Source: Felis catus
Taxonomy: Eukaryota
NCBI RefSeq assembly: GCF_018350175.1
Contig: NC_058368.1
Location: 215,080,001 to 215,144,000, forward strand
Length of the DNA stretch: 64,000 nt
Direction: 5' to 3'
The notes under the pieces were generated by a model. That model saw only the letters and a program-made list of their open reading frames with translations, was not told where the DNA came from and searched no databases. How positions within the stretch are numbered: position 1 is the first letter of the stretch; each line of letters starts with the position of its first letter. The translations under genes and the position numbers were made by a program. Below, piece by piece: positions 23,183 to 37,353 of the stretch.

Positions 23183-25474
23183 CTTCATGTTTGTAACTGT
23201 GACAAATAGCACTGAGGCTGGGAGAGAAGTGAAATAATAAAAGACAGCCCCCCATACTTAGAAATGATTGTGTTGCTTTCTTTTTGTGTATAACCTACAA
23301 CTAGATTTTAGTTACACATTCCAGGTGGAATTGAGGTGAAGCCATCAGTAAGCAAGCCGAGTTTCACAATCTTGTACTCACCTATTACTGAAAGACAAAA
23401 CACCTGGAAGAAATGGTCACAGCCTTGAGGATCATTTTTCTTTAAGTGACTTCATGAGGAAAAGCTAAACCTTCTACCTACTTTCGACTCCCCACCCCTC
23501 TTGATTTCAAACTCCATTACTGATAAGACTGGTTAACCTATTGGACTGTTTTTATTTGGCTAAATTTTCTAGGTAATTGATTTCCTTGTGAACAGACTAT
23601 AATTAGAAGTGTAAACTATTAGAGTAATATTAATCTGTGGTGTATTTTATATGCATAGGTTTGCAGTTTAGAAATTGCTTTGTTTCTTCTCTTTTCTTTT
23701 TTCCCTTAGTGTGAAGTAAAGTACCATGAAGTAGTTTCCTTGTGAAAGGAGCAAAGGGACTTGGGGCATATATTTGTGTGTGTGTTTGCCTAACTTCATT
23801 GTTTCTGGAGAAGAAAGCCCTCTAGTGACTTTGTTAGTTCTATAAGTTATGTCCTAAAAATGATTGAGTAGATAATACTTCAATTATCATTTTTTACAAG
23901 ATTGTAAACAGAACATCAGATAAACTTTGTGGACATTGTATTTACGCATACATATGCATTTTATGGATCTACACTTACGTTGAAAGAAAGTTGTGGCATA
24001 TAGAAGAGGTCACATTGCAAGTGTAACAAATAGGAAAAGTCACAAAATGCAGAACTAATTTGAAGAAAATAAATGATTGATGGTGCAATCACTGTTCAAA
24101 TAGCTAAGGAGAAACTTGGGAAGCAAAAGGGCATCAGGACAATGGAACATATTAAATAAGAGTGGTGGGTGAATAAGTGTCAGTATGGTAGACACTCATA
24201 GAAGAGAAACAAATGATTAGAATGCACACTTTCAATGAGGACCATAAAGTATTTCCTGTGCGTAAATTTGTAATGTGCATCCACAATATCGTAGGAAGTG
24301 TTTACTTTACATATTTTATTGTTACGTGTTTACAAAATAATGAAATCCTTAAAGGTTAGATTTTTGGGTATTGAAAATAACTCAGTTGACAGTATATACC
24401 AGTTAGTTAACAGTATTGATAGTGACAGTTCTACAAGGTAGGATACTAGCACATCAAATAACCCAAATCTCCAAAAGATAGGTTCATAAGTTAAATTTGA
24501 ATTATAATCTTAGATAGAAACAGGTTTTTCTTTAGTTCGACCACAAGGTAACCAAACCAGTGGTAGTTTCCTGTTGGGCATAAATCTATTTAAAAACCAG
24601 CTTCCCATCATCAAATTTCATATAACTAGAAAATCCTCCAAAGAGAATGAATCCAAAGAGAAACACAAACATACCAAAATGTCTCTTTAGTGTCTTGGCA
24701 TATAATTTGCATAATAATGGCATCTGAAGTAAGTCAGCACATGTTTAGTAATAATGAAGTAAATTATTCATCAAGTACCCATATGTGGAACAGCAAAAAT
24801 CAATAGGGTATCAAACTAATAGGGTCTGTATAGATGCATTTGCTTTTCTCTATATGTATAAGCCATTTTCATCATGGTTTGTTAATGGGAGGTATAAATG
24901 CCTGCATTAAAAGCTTTAAGTTATCTGCCTGTGATTTATGTTTGCTGTTCTGCAGTCTAGTTTAATGTAATGCTTCTGATGCTAATTGCAGCTTCACAGC
25001 GCTATTTGGTGAACAAAAGTTCTCATTTTTGTCAACATGCAGACCAGTTCCTTTTTTGGACGGTCCAACTGGCTTATTCTGCTCGGTCTGTATCTCAGAG
25101 GTCAGGGAGAGCTCAAGGGGCTGTGCAGCTGGGGCAAACCTTTCTCTGCTCTCAGAGATTTGTGGTTCCTGAAAAGACTATAGTTTTAAATTTGCTGTCT
25201 TTTATATAGTTGGAGAAGGAAGCAAATACCATTTAACGTGCAAATACTACCTTCTAGGTGCATCGTACAGGTACACTCCCTTATCCCTCACCACTCTGAG
25301 AATGGTAAAGTTCTCATTTTATTGATGATGAAACCCTTCGATTAAGGAACTATATGCCATATCCGTACAATGGTAGAAAACGGTATTCCTTCATACTTAC
25401 CAGTGGTATGAAGATAAATGAGAAACTACTTGTAAAATTCTTGGAAGAGCGACATTTTAAAAGAATTGATTTAA

Positions 25475-25690
25475 GGGATGTCCGGGTGGCTCTGTCAGTT
25501 AAGCATCCAACTCTCGATTCAGCTCAGGTCGTGATCTCACGTTGGTGAGATGGAGTCCGGCATTGATAGCCCCGCGCTGATAGCAGGGGGCCTACTTGGG
25601 ATTCTCTCTCTCTGCCCCTCCCTCCTTCTCTCTCTTTCTCTTTCCCTCCCTCTCTCAAAATAAATAAACATAAATAAATAAAATAGTTAT
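25475..25690 (+). mobile_element. Can-SINE
   Basis: gggatgtccgggtggctctgtcagttaagcatcc..., CT-rich body and (TAAA)n tail. Confidence 0.92.
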
Positions 25691-27279
25691 TTTTAAAAAG
25701 ATTTAAATAACTTATGCCTTATATGGGAGACCATGTTCTTTGCCTTCTAATAGGTGTCACAGAAAATTATATAGACAGGCCCTTGGAAATACAGGATTCC
25801 TTATGTAATCAACGTTATAAAACATTCTGTGATGGAGCTAGCTCATCTGAACACTTTGAGTTAAAGAGAAAGAGTTTTTGAGTTTGTGGAATGCCTCACC
25901 ACCAAACATTACTATAGTAATCATCAGTGTTGGAAGATACCAGACACATAACACATGTGACCTATAGGGTGGGCAGCCACGGCTGTAACTTTTTCCTGGT
26001 AGAATCTTATGTCAGTGTTATGAAATCAAGGCAATAAATACCAAAAAAAAAAAAAAAAGAATATTCCTATCCTGAAACAGTGAAATGTTCAATTTTTTCT
26101 TTATCAATTAATTGACATCTAAAGTACAGATTTGTTAACATGTGTGATTGATAGCCCGATAGTAAATTAATCCTGTCTCTAGAGATCACTGAATCATTTC
26201 CATCACTTCCTGTGCCGTTCTTATGTTCTCACTTTCTATTACAACAGTTGATGGCAAAGGAAAGCAGAATATTAAATCATTTGTTTTTCATTACAGTTAA
26301 GACTTTTAAAACTCCTCTGTTCAAAAGTTCAAATTGTTTTCTCTGGATGCTTAAAAATGGAAATATGTTTAATAACTAATAGTTCATTAATCTCACTCAG
26401 TAATATTAAAATCACAAACTGACATTTTTTATTATAAATTATCCTCTGTTAAAAGCTGTTGCTTGATAATATATTTCCCTCTCCCTGTGAAACTAGCTAT
26501 TTAACAGCCATTAGGTTTGTTTTTGTTTGTTTTCAGTGTGATTCCAAATGGCTAACTTCAGGCATTGTAACTCCTCCGCTGAGCTCAACCTCCTGAATTC
26601 AATCTCCATTAACTTCCCCAAAATGTTAGCGTTGACACTGATTAGTATATCAACTTGAGAGTTAAATGTTTCTCCTTCCTTTCATCAAAGGGACATTTCT
26701 GGATACATGATATGTCCCTTATGAAACACTTATTACTTCTTCAAAGATCCATACTTATTTTGTAAGATTTAATTATCTTTATCATTTACTCCATGACTTT
26801 TGAAAATTCTTTAAAAAAATAATCTACAAAGGTCTGCAGGTAAGGAAGTATATCCATACCACCGTTCATCTGTTCATCTCAGAAAAGTCTGTCTTTTCTA
26901 AAAACATATTTAATCTCACAACATATAGAACTTTTGGGGGGTTTAGGTGAATAGAATTGGCAATGTGTCATTAAAGTAACAGTAAATGGTGCATTAGTTG
27001 GCAAGGGATAACAACCTTGTTTTCTTGAGTTATTTTCTTTGTTTTATTTTGATTTCCTGAGAGATTTCATGTTATAAAGATGCAAAATATGTGTTCTAGG
27101 TTTTAGAGAGAAGTCACCCATGGCCTTATGATTTGTTAATAAATTAGAAAATACTTCTTTCCCATTGTTTTATTTTGGACAAAAAAAATTCCCCAAAGGT
27201 ATCTAACTTAACCAGATTTCTTCAGGTGTGCTTTTAATGTAATTGTGTAATATTTACCTTCGTTTACATATAACAATGG

Positions 27280-27980
27280 ATTCTTCAAACAAATATTGAA
27301 TGGCATCTATGTCAGGCTCTGTTCTACACACTTGGGGGATAATTGTGAACACTTTCTCTCCCTTTGGAGCTTATTCCATAGGAGAAGGCACATTAGTAAA
27401 GTGGAAAAATCAACACATAATAATTTACAGTGGCAAATAAAATTAAACAGGTGCTATGATAGAAATTGCAGGTGGATTGTTCCTTAGAGTGATTGAGAAA
27501 GTTCCTTCAGAGGAAACATTGAAATTGAACAGTGAAAGAGGATGATACTAAGCATTATGCGGAGAAGTCTTAGAGGGAATAGCAAGTGCAACATTCTTGT
27601 TAGAACAAATTTGTCATGTTTAAGGGAAAAATATATCAGCATATCTGAGGATTATGAGGGAGGAAGACAGTGACGGAAAAGGCAGATTCCAATCACAGAG
27701 AATCTTTAGGTCCATTGAAAGCCGAGTGGGAAGCTATTGGGTGGCAATTGCAGGGGAGCAATAGTGTGATTTAAAAATTTTAAATCACTCTGACTGCTTA
27801 GTGGAAAAGAAATTTGGGGTAGCAAGGCAAAACCAAGGAGAATGTTGCAGTTGTGCAAGTGAGAAACGATTAAGGGTGTTGAAGAATGAATGCAAGATGG
27901 GAAGACATCTTCAAACAAACCTTCAGAGAACTAATACGAAGAAGGACTACAGAGATGGAAAAGAAATTTAGGGTTAAGAA
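27280..27980 (-). mobile_element. L2 fragment
   Basis: L2 3'-end pattern (caaacaaatattgaatggcatctatgtcaggctctgttcta...ggagcttattcc...gggaatagcaagtgcaa...aaatcactctgactgc). Confidence 0.7.
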
Positions 27981-27990
27981 AAGAACACCT

Positions 27991-28120
27991 AGGTGTGCCT
28001 GGCTGGTTCAGTCAGTAGAGACTGTTGATTTCAGGGTGGTGAGTTTAAGCCCCACTTTGGGCGTGGAGCCTGGGAGGAAGGAAGGAAGGAGTATGGAAGG
28101 AAAGAGGAAAGGAAGGAAAA
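27991..28120 (+). mobile_element. Short old-type Can-SINE with (GGAA)n tail
   Basis: ggtgtgcctggctggttcagtcagtagag...gtgagtttaagccccactttgggc. Confidence 0.8.
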
Positions 28121-29346
28121 AAATCTTTCTTTGTTTCAAATAATGAGAAACACTAGAAGAGGTTATAGTTGTATGCCAAAGTGTATTTTCCAGTTGGCAG
28201 AACTAAATTGATGTGGGAGAGAAAAATGAAGACTTTGAAAGCATACTGTTGAAAGTTACTGAAGTATACAAATCCTTGTCGTGAGAGGTGTGGGATATTC
28301 CTTTTATTTAAATAAGAGAGGGAAGACTGAATGTGGGTGAATGAACACAGTTCATGGCAGTTGTTGTTAATGGCACATGGAATGGATGGCGTTGGAGACA
28401 GCCTGCTGATCCAATGCTGTGCATGGCAACTGAAGGGAAAGGTTGTCTCAACAAGTCACCTGCCATGCTATGTCCTTCTGCCAAGGATATGCTAGCGGTT
28501 AGTAAAATGGGTTTGAAGTTTCCATAGATAATCATTTGAAGACAGGCTGTTGCATACATACCAGATGATTTTGTCTTCAAAGGCTATTTTATAAATTCAT
28601 TGCTGGCAGTCTCTGAATGATCTGAGACGTTTCACTCCATCTTCTCAGCCAGTCAGTGTCCTGTAGTTAGTATTCACCCAACTAGCTAAGAGTCCTGGTA
28701 TGGTAATTCACTACTCCAAGCATGGCAAGTTAACAGAGCAACTTTAAGTATCTATTCTGAAATAAATAATAGAGAAATGTAACAGGAAGACCAAATGCAT
28801 ATGTCTTCATAAACATCTTCTACCAAATTCACAATGAGGGCCAAAACTAATTCAACTGAGACAGTATTAGCAGGAGGTACGTATGAGTAGTTGGAGGGAT
28901 CAGGCTTTCTTAATTATTCCAGCCCCTGCCTTATCCATGTTACCATTTCCTAAAAGCACATTAATTTTAAGTATCAGAAATTTCAGATTCTTCAGTTTGC
29001 CAAGGTTCATGATAATTCTGATCATGATCCTCAGCATGTCAATAGCTACTGGCAGAGAAGGCACTGAGCTGTGACAGAAAGCCGCCTATGAGCTTTCAGA
29101 CTGGACAGATTTTCTCTCTTTCATAATCTTACTTTAGACCCCATAAGTAAATAATTCCATTCTTTATGTTAACATTTCTAAACCTTATAATATCTTCCGT
29201 GGAAGGCACATGATCTAAATTAGGTACAGCCTCTAGAAGTAATCCTTATTTCCAAAAATGTTTTTGATTAGGAAGGCAAACCAAAAATGGTCTCTATCCA
29301 AGATAAAGAAAATGAAGCTGAGAAATTATAAGTGAAATGGTCAGTA

Positions 29347-29679
29347 CAGTTGACCCTTGAGTAACACAAGTTAGGAGCACCTAACCTGCACTCTGATGCA
29401 ATAAAACATCCATGAATACCTTTTGACTCCTCAAAAATTTAACTACTAATAGCCTACTATCGATCAGAAGACTTACTGATAGCATGAACAGTTGATTAAC
29501 ACATATTTTATATGTTCTATGTATTATACTGTATCCTTACCATAATGTAAGCTAAAGAAAATCTTAAGAAAAACATAATGAGAAAATGCATTTACAGTAC
29601 TACACTGTACTTATTAAAAAAAAAATCCGTGTATAAGTGGACCTCCGCAGTTCAAACTCATGTTTGCAAGAATCAACTC
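29347..29679 (+). mobile_element. Tigger2a-type MITE, uninterrupted
   Basis: ta|cagttgacccttgagtaacac...cttttgactcc...aactactaatagcctact...gtataagtggacctccgcagttcaaactcatgtttgcaagaatcaactc|ta. Confidence 0.9.
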
Positions 29680-31539
29680 TAATTCCCAGTGTTCCTGGGA
29701 TTTTCTTGGCCTCTTCCTGTTCTTATGATGTAGTTAAATATAATTCTTGGGCTTACATTAAAAAGAATCCATATTTTAGACTATAAGATAAATAGTCTAA
29801 CTTTTCCCATGTCATTTAGCTAATAGATGGCAGAGTGGGTTTCAAGCTTACATCTAGCTTAAAACTCTGCTTGTTGTTCTACAACCCAATAAATATGCAT
29901 CTCAGCTCATTAATTTAACCTTTCTACCCAAAAATTCTGTAATTACAAGATAAGAGGGTTAAGATATATTAATTTCAATATCAATTTGTCTTTTAGACCT
30001 TGACCATTTCTATATACCATATTAGCCATATAAGTTAAACAGAAATTAACTTCAGTCGCTTTTGTTTATTGAGAATTTTTTTCCTAGAAAAATATCTCTC
30101 TGATAGTTAATTTTTAGATGGATGATCTGTCAATGGATACTTGTTTTACAGTGAACTTTGAATTCAGTCTCAATTCTGTAGGACTAAATATGTGACTGCA
30201 TATTTCAGTTCAGATTTAATAGGAAATAATTTAAAAATATATTCAACACAATTTTATTGAGTATCTACTGGCAGGAAAAACTGATAGTCTGTTTTGGGGT
30301 GTTAATTATTCCTAGTTTGTTCTTAATAATCATTTTCAATTTTCCATATGTCTCTTCTCTAAGGTAAATGTTGGGGTGAGACTTTATTTCTAACTGTGTA
30401 CAAGTCACCCTTGTTTTGTTAGCTTATCTAATTTATAAGCAGGAGCATAAGCCTGTAGTCTTATGTGTCAAAATAGGATTTTTGAATTTTATACCTCTTT
30501 TTAAATCATGAAAAGAACAAACAAATTCAAATTCCACCTATGGAAGTAACTAGAACTTCTATAATAATAAAGGATTGGACTGAAGTTAGTATCATACCTC
30601 TTAAACACATAATTAAAGTGTGATATCTTATCTGACACAATTAGCTTTCTGCATTTCAGTTTATCCTAATTAACTTGGTTGAGTTTGACAGGTATCAGAA
30701 TCTCTTGTCTTTGTGCCCTTGTTATATGCTGGCACATTAAATTTAGTCTTAAAACATAAAAAAATATGCCACCACATCCCTGGTAAACTCAAGCCTCTCT
30801 GGAGCACTGAAATGACAGTCATAATTTCCTTCATTAAGAGGAAGAGATTTAGAGGATAAAAGTATGGAAATTTAACCAATTTTCCACTGAATATTTTTGC
30901 ATGAAGTATCCAGTAACTTTCAAGAAAACGTTTTCCTGATGATTTCAATATGATGCTGATATAGCTTATGATTGCTCAAGATAAAAGGGAGAAAAAGTAG
31001 TGACAAAACCCAGTTCTATGCATTTCTTTTGCATAAAGGATGACTACAATAGCTTGAGATTGAAAAATTATCTTAAATAATTTTACCATTTCTGTATCAT
31101 CATGCTAAATAATTACAATTAATTAGTTTTTCAAAAATTAAATACATTTTTATATGCAATGAACAATATTTTTTGTCAGTGATATGGAAATTAACCAAAG
31201 AAACCATTACATAGAATCACCCCTAAAAGTTGATCAGGCTCTGTTATTATTTGTCTCAAAAATTTCCACATATTTTAGTGAAAACGCTCATATAGCAGTG
31301 AATCTCAAGAAGAAAAACTGAAGAAACCAATTGAAGCTCTTTATCAAGTGTGTTTTCCAATATGGTACCCTATTTGTATATTTTTTTCTTTCTTTAACTT
31401 TTTTGGTGCATATAATCACAATCCAACATTAGGGAAATATAATTATCACATCCTCACATCCTGGGGGTGGGGGAGGGGTTTGCAAAGTGCCAGACTCCCG
31501 AATTCCTAAAATAATCTTGAGAAGGTAGCTCGCCAATTA

Positions 31540-31738
31540 TTTTTCAATGTTTATTTATTTATTTTTGAGATAGGGAGAGAAGGAGAGGGAGAGAGAGAAG
31601 GAGAGAGGGGCAGAGAGAGATAGAGGATCCAAAGCTGGCTCTGCTCTGACAACAGCAAGCCTGATGTGGGACTCGAACTCATGAACTGTGAGATCATGAC
31701 CTGAGCTGAAGTCAGACGCTTACCCACCCAGGCACCCC
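31540..31738 (-). mobile_element. Can-SINE
   Basis: Consensus match with a small internal deletion; TSD tagct(c/t)gc(c/t)aa. Confidence 0.93.
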
Positions 31739-32544
31739 AATAGCTTGCTAACTTTGTTGATGCTACTCTGTGGGTACTACACTCTTGGAATATCTGCTAA
31801 ATAGATGAAAACATGAAATAGGGTTGACTCCATCACTGATGAGATTAAAATGATACAACTTTCTAAAAATTAGAATTAGAGAGTAGACTTTGGTAATGTT
31901 TTCTGCTTATTAACTGATATTAGAAACATAGCTGCTGTGGATCAGGGTACTTTTTACTTGTTTTAATTTGTAGAGATTTTTGTTGACTTAACATTGAAGT
32001 TTGAAACTGATAATAATTTTGTTTGTAATTTGAGCCATACTATATGAGTAAAAGTATTCACTCCTTGATCCAAATGTTATGGTGCTTAAGAAAGGCATGT
32101 ATTTCTTTTAAATTTAATTATTTTTAACTTGCTCATGGGAATTTAATTCAGAAAAATGTTGGATTCTTAATAAATTTTCCTACATGAAAAGGAGAAAAAA
32201 TATTGTTTTATGCAGATGTCCCGTTTAAGAAATGAGTAAGTTTAGAGAGCTATTGAGATATCTAATAACCTAGATGTTCTGATGTACCCTACAACAAAAT
32301 TTGTCAATTCATATAACCATAAAATATCTTGAATTGCTACTTTACTATAAGTAATAAGAGTATCTACTAATTTATACTGCATAGGGCTAGCTTTACTTTT
32401 CAGAACATAAGACAGTCATTTTTCTAGACATTAGTCTTTATGTTCAACTAAATAGCTCCATTTAAGCAATTTATTTGTTCTTGTTTCTTTTTATTTTAAA
32501 AAGAGTATTTTCCATGAACCTAGCAGAATGGAAAAAAGTATATT

Positions 32545-33400
32545 AAAATGGAAATTACAAATTCTGGCACAGAACATGGACCAACTGGGACTCTCATACC
32601 TTCCTGGTGGCACAATCACTTTGGAAAACAGATTCTCAGTTTCTTAGCTACATTTATATTAAACAGCTATACCATTCACAGTATCTACCGAAAGAGTTGA
32701 AAGCTATTTTCACACAAAAACCTGTGTATGAATGTTTATAGGTAGCTTTAATCCTAATAACCAAAACTGGAGGCATTACATCTGGTAAATGGGTAACATT
32801 TACCATAACAGTATAATCTTATAGTGGAATACTACTGAAGAATGAAAATGAATTGCTGACAGCTGACAATGTGCAGTAGCATGGATGAATCTCAAATGAA
32901 AAAAGCCTTATTCAAAAGCTACATTCTCCATAATTCCATTTGCATGACATTCTAGAAAAGACAAATGTATATAGATAGGAGAGTCATCAGTGGTGGCATG
33001 GGGATAGAAGGGAATGACTGCAAAATGGTAGCATGAGGGAATCTTTTTTGGGTAATGGGTCTTTTCTGTATCTTGATCATTGTGATGCATTTTTAAGTTT
33101 ATTTATTTTGAGAGAGAGAGAAAGAGTGCGAGCTGAGCAGGGGCAGAGAGAGAGGGAGAGAGAGAGAATCCTGAGCAGACTCCATGCTGTCAGTGCAATG
33201 CCTGATGTGGAGCTCGAACTTACAAACTAAGTGATCATGACCTGAACGAAAATCAAGAGCTGGTGACCCAACTGACTGAGCCACCCAGGCACCCCAGATT
33301 ATGGTGAGAATTTCATGGTTGCATGTAATTTCGAAACACAAAACTATATCAAAGAAAGTGAATTTTACTACATCAGATTATAGCTCAATAAAACCTAATT
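32545..33400 (+). mobile_element. Old L1 3' fragment (L1M) interrupted by a SINE
   Basis: caactgggactctcatac...cactttggaaaaca...cacacaaaaacctgtgtatgaatgtttatag...atggatgaatctca. Confidence 0.8.
33090..33295 (-). mobile_element. Can-SINE
   Basis: Consensus match; diverged TSD gat(c/t)at(t/g)gtga. Confidence 0.93.
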
Positions 33401-34869
33401 ATATATACCATATATATATATGTTATCATATATATTTATCTTTAATCACATCTAATTTAATTATAAATTATCATCCTCTTTTAATTCCATATTATTTCCC
33501 TTATAGGATAGGTTTCTATTGCTTTCATCAAGTTGCCAAATAAATAACTATTTTGTAAGAATTACCGGTAATTATTTTGGAACAAATGCCACTTAAACAC
33601 TATGTCAATTACTATCAAAAGTTAACTTTTGAATGATTAACAGCAAAATGTTGGAAATAATGGTTTGTTTTATTACATTAATGAAATAAGCCAGTTTTCC
33701 CTATAGAACAAGACAAGGAGAAATAGCTTTCTTGTGTGGGAACAAGAATTTGCAATTTACTAACAATGCTAGTTACCATTGTAAAAGCTTGTTTTATTTT
33801 TAGATTATTATTTTAAAAATGAAGCATAAAGACATTTCCTAAAAGGAAGGTAAAAAAGTGGAAATTATTCTCACACTACTCAATGTCATTCATTTCATTA
33901 GACTTTGTTTTGTATTCATTAAAATAACTGACTTTTTCTAGGCTTGAGTATATTACATGTGGGGGCTTTGTCTCTTTTTTAAATAGTTTTGTTTGAAGTG
34001 ATTTCATTTCTGTGAAAGAAGGACAAAGCAGAGATAATTACAGCAATATGCTCTACAAGCTCATGGGGTTTCAACTTTTCCATAGTTACTTCTTGAATTA
34101 GTTCTATTATAAAAATAAAACCCTTCACAGCTCATTGTCACTGCTGTTCTTGCCTTAAAATGAATCACTTCTCATCTTCTCTTCTTAATATTTGACAAGG
34201 CACAACTATTTTTTTAAAGCTTCTCACATCAAACTTTAAAATACTCTCTCAAAAAAAAAAAAAAAGGAAAAAAAAAAAAACCTGTCTAGGCAGAAGAAAG
34301 GTAAGAAACTGGGCAAGTGAAAATGAATTATCAGCTTCACAAGAAAAGTTTTGATGATTAGCTAATTTATTTTTATGTGTCATACTGTCTTAATTATCTC
34401 AATAAATCTAAGCAGAAAAATTCCTAATGAATAACCTATTACCTTTTGAAAATTTATAAATTTTAAATTAATAAGTACATACTGGTTTTCAATATGGAGC
34501 ATATCGAATACATGAAGTATGAGAAATGTTTCCAGAGTCCAAGTTTCAATAAGTAAAATACAATTATCATTTTATTACTAGATTATGGGCTAAGTATCAC
34601 AACATATTTAAAGAAGACTTGATTATTTTGCCTCACTCATTATTAACTGTATCTTTTCTGTCTTCCAAAACTTGAGATCTGTTTATAATTTTAAAAAAGC
34701 ATAGTTAATAATTGCAGGTTATTTTCTCTTAAGGCCCAGGCAGATGAGAGGAGATACAGGGATTATTAACTATTGGCTTATCTAATTTATCTTATGGATA
34801 CCAGTTTATTAAGGCACACCATTTTCATACCTGGATCTTATTGACCAGCAAAATTTTAATTGTCGATTC

Positions 34870-35090
34870 TTTTTTTTAAATTTTTTTTTACATTTATTTA
34901 TTCATTTTTGAGAGAGAGACAGAGCCACAAGTGGGGGATGGGCAGAGAGAGAAGGAGACACAGAATCCGAAGCAGGCTCCAGGCTGTGAGCTGTCAGCAG
35001 AGCCCGACGCAGGGCTCGAACTCACAAACTGCAAGATCATGACCTGAGCCAAAGTCGGATGCTCAACCGACTGAGCCACCCAGGTGCCCC
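34870..35090 (-). mobile_element. Can-SINE (young SINEC_Fc-like)
   Basis: Near consensus; TSD aattgt(c/t)gattctt. Confidence 0.97.
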
Positions 35091-35289
35091 AATTGTTGAT
35101 TCTTGATTCATACTTGTCATCTATGTTCTAAATCCTAGCAGTAGCTTAGTCCCCATTATGTAAAGAAACGATTAAAATTCCAAGAGAAAAGTTTCTATTC
35201 TGAGACTTAAATCAGCTTCATTTAGTTTGCAGTTCTAATCCAAAAGATCTTTTGATCAAAAGTAGAACTTTAGGAAATATTTAAAATTA

Positions 35290-35505
35290 TACTGAAAAGA
35301 GTACAGATCTTAGCACTGAGACCTGAATCCAGAATTCACTCAAAAATAACAGAAACTTTGACAAAGTATTTAATTTTTTAGACCCTCAGTTTTTGCAGGC
35401 CTAAAATAGAAAATTCATACCTATTGACACAGATCATGTTAAAAATTAAATGAGATATGGATTATAAAATGCCTAGTATATAGTGGTTGCTCCACTCATG
35501 TTAAT
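35290..35505 (+). mobile_element. MIR
   Basis: agacctgaatccag...ctttgacaaagtatttaa...cctcagttttt...aaaattaaatgagata. Confidence 0.65.
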
Positions 35506-35875
35506 TCCTCAGCCAACTAATGTTAACATTTATGTTAGACCATGACTTCTCTCTCAATGAGAAAGCATAATTGAGAAGAATCTACATTTATGTAATGATT
35601 TATCATTCTGGTGTTTCTCATGGCTTCTGCTTACTTAATATTGGGAACATCATTACCATTCATTGATTACTTTTATCAATTAATTTATGATCTTTTATCC
35701 CAGTACTTTATAATTATCAAATATGATATCAAAAAGATCTAATTGCTGGCAATGTTACACAATTAAAATGAATAATCTCTTTCATGATCTTGTCCAATTC
35801 AATTATTTGAAACTTCTTTCCAGCAGCTATAATCAGTGCTCTTATCCAAATTATCTATGATCCCCTTGCCAACTA

Positions 35876-36072
35876 GGCCATCTGGGTGGCTTAGTCCATT
35901 AAGCATCCTACCCTTGATTTTGGCTCAGGTCATGATCTCACAGTAGTGAGATCGAGCCCCCTTGGGCTTGTGATGGGCGTGGAGCCCGTTTGGGATTCTT
36001 TCTCTCCCTCTCTCTCTGCCTGTCCCCCACATATGTGCATGCTTTCTCTCTGAAAATAAACATTAAAAAAAA
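35876..36072 (+). mobile_element. Can-SINE
   Basis: ctgggtggcttagtccattaagcatcc...ggctcaggtcatgatctcacag... with A tail. Confidence 0.93.
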
Positions 36073-36109
36073 GAATATCCAATTCACCTATGATTCCCTT
36101 AATGGTTCT

Positions 36110-36430
36110 GTGTACCAAATGTCCAGATGTTTAGACGTTCCAAGAGATAACTGTGCCTGGAGTTCGGCCCTCTCTCCACTAGCAATTGACGAGCGGAGGA
36201 TTATGAAAATCCAGCTCCCTGCCCTTAATGGAGAACAAACTGATTTTTATGGTCTTGATCCCTGTTTTATCAATGAAGCTAGCACTTCACTGGACTGGAC
36301 TGGCTTCTTGCCGCTTGTTTATCTTGCTTTTCTTCAGTTTCTTACCAGATTCTTCTTGGGCCGTCTTCTTAAAAATCGTAATAAGTCACTTCTGTAGGAA
36401 TCCTTGCCTCAGATTCTGCTCCAGGACATC
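36110..36430 (+). mobile_element. ERVL LTR fragment, LTR16-like
   Basis: ccagctccctgccctt... and aataagtcactt...gaatccttgcctcagattctgct, as in LTR16-type 3' ends. Confidence 0.6.
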
Positions 36431-37353
36431 ATTAGCCATTATTCATGATGTTATAATACTGTGATCTAACACATGCTTAAAGAGAAATGTCCTCTCTACA
36501 TTATAAACAATAACCAAACACTCTGATTGACATATTTTTCTGCAAAGATCTCAGTGATTCCACATCATCCACCAAAAACGAAAATGTGAGAACACTTATA
36601 CAAAATGTTTATAAATGTGTGCTTAGTATAGATGATGTGATTTTACTTCACAAGGAGGTAACTTGTTAGCCACTGGAAAAGGCAACACACATTAGATCCA
36701 CCTTAAAATTACACAATTATACTCATTTAACCCGACTAAAAGTTCCTGGAGGACTTGCTTATATTTATTTACTTACTACTTTTACAAATGGATAGCTCCA
36801 CCTTCTTTTTTATTTTTAATTTTTATATTACTCTTTTCACCTATGTAAATGTTCATTGTATGCAGGCTAGACAAAAAGCACTAACATAAGGGTTGTGTAT
36901 GTGGGTTCATCTACAAATATAAAATGAATGAGTCCTCCAGTAAAAGAATTTCTTAATATAAAAACATAAAAATTATCCATACAAATTTTAAATTATGTTT
37001 TCTCCCTTTTTCATATTTTACAAATGGTGTCTGTATAATGGGACAAAAGACATAAACTACTAGATGTTCAAAACAAATAGAACTGTTTCACTAAAATTGT
37101 GTAATTTTTCATCTTTCTATTTTACAGTACACAGTTCAAAAAAGAATAAATCAAAATACATCTGAACATATATTTGTGTATATTTCATATAGCACATTAG
37201 TAAACCTGTTGCTTAAAGCTCAGAATTCTATGGGTGTGTTATTTATTTTCTTCTATTTTACTAATAAATCCAATATTTTATCAAGACCCTTTTTTAACTC
37301 ATCCATCTTAAATTTTCATAGTAGAATATTGGAAAAAATATTCCTGTTTAAAT

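Noticed and set aside
24880..25200. Unique, motif-dense segment that might be an enhancer (also ~54600-54850)
   Set aside because: No sequence-only evidence beyond composition; needs conservation data.
21272..29679. Two inverted Tigger2a copies as a possible composite transposon
   Set aside because: Each has its own TIR pair and TA sites; independent insertions of an abundant MITE explain it.
35990..36397. 135-aa ORF with hydrophobic stretches
   Set aside because: Spans a SINE tail and an LTR fragment.
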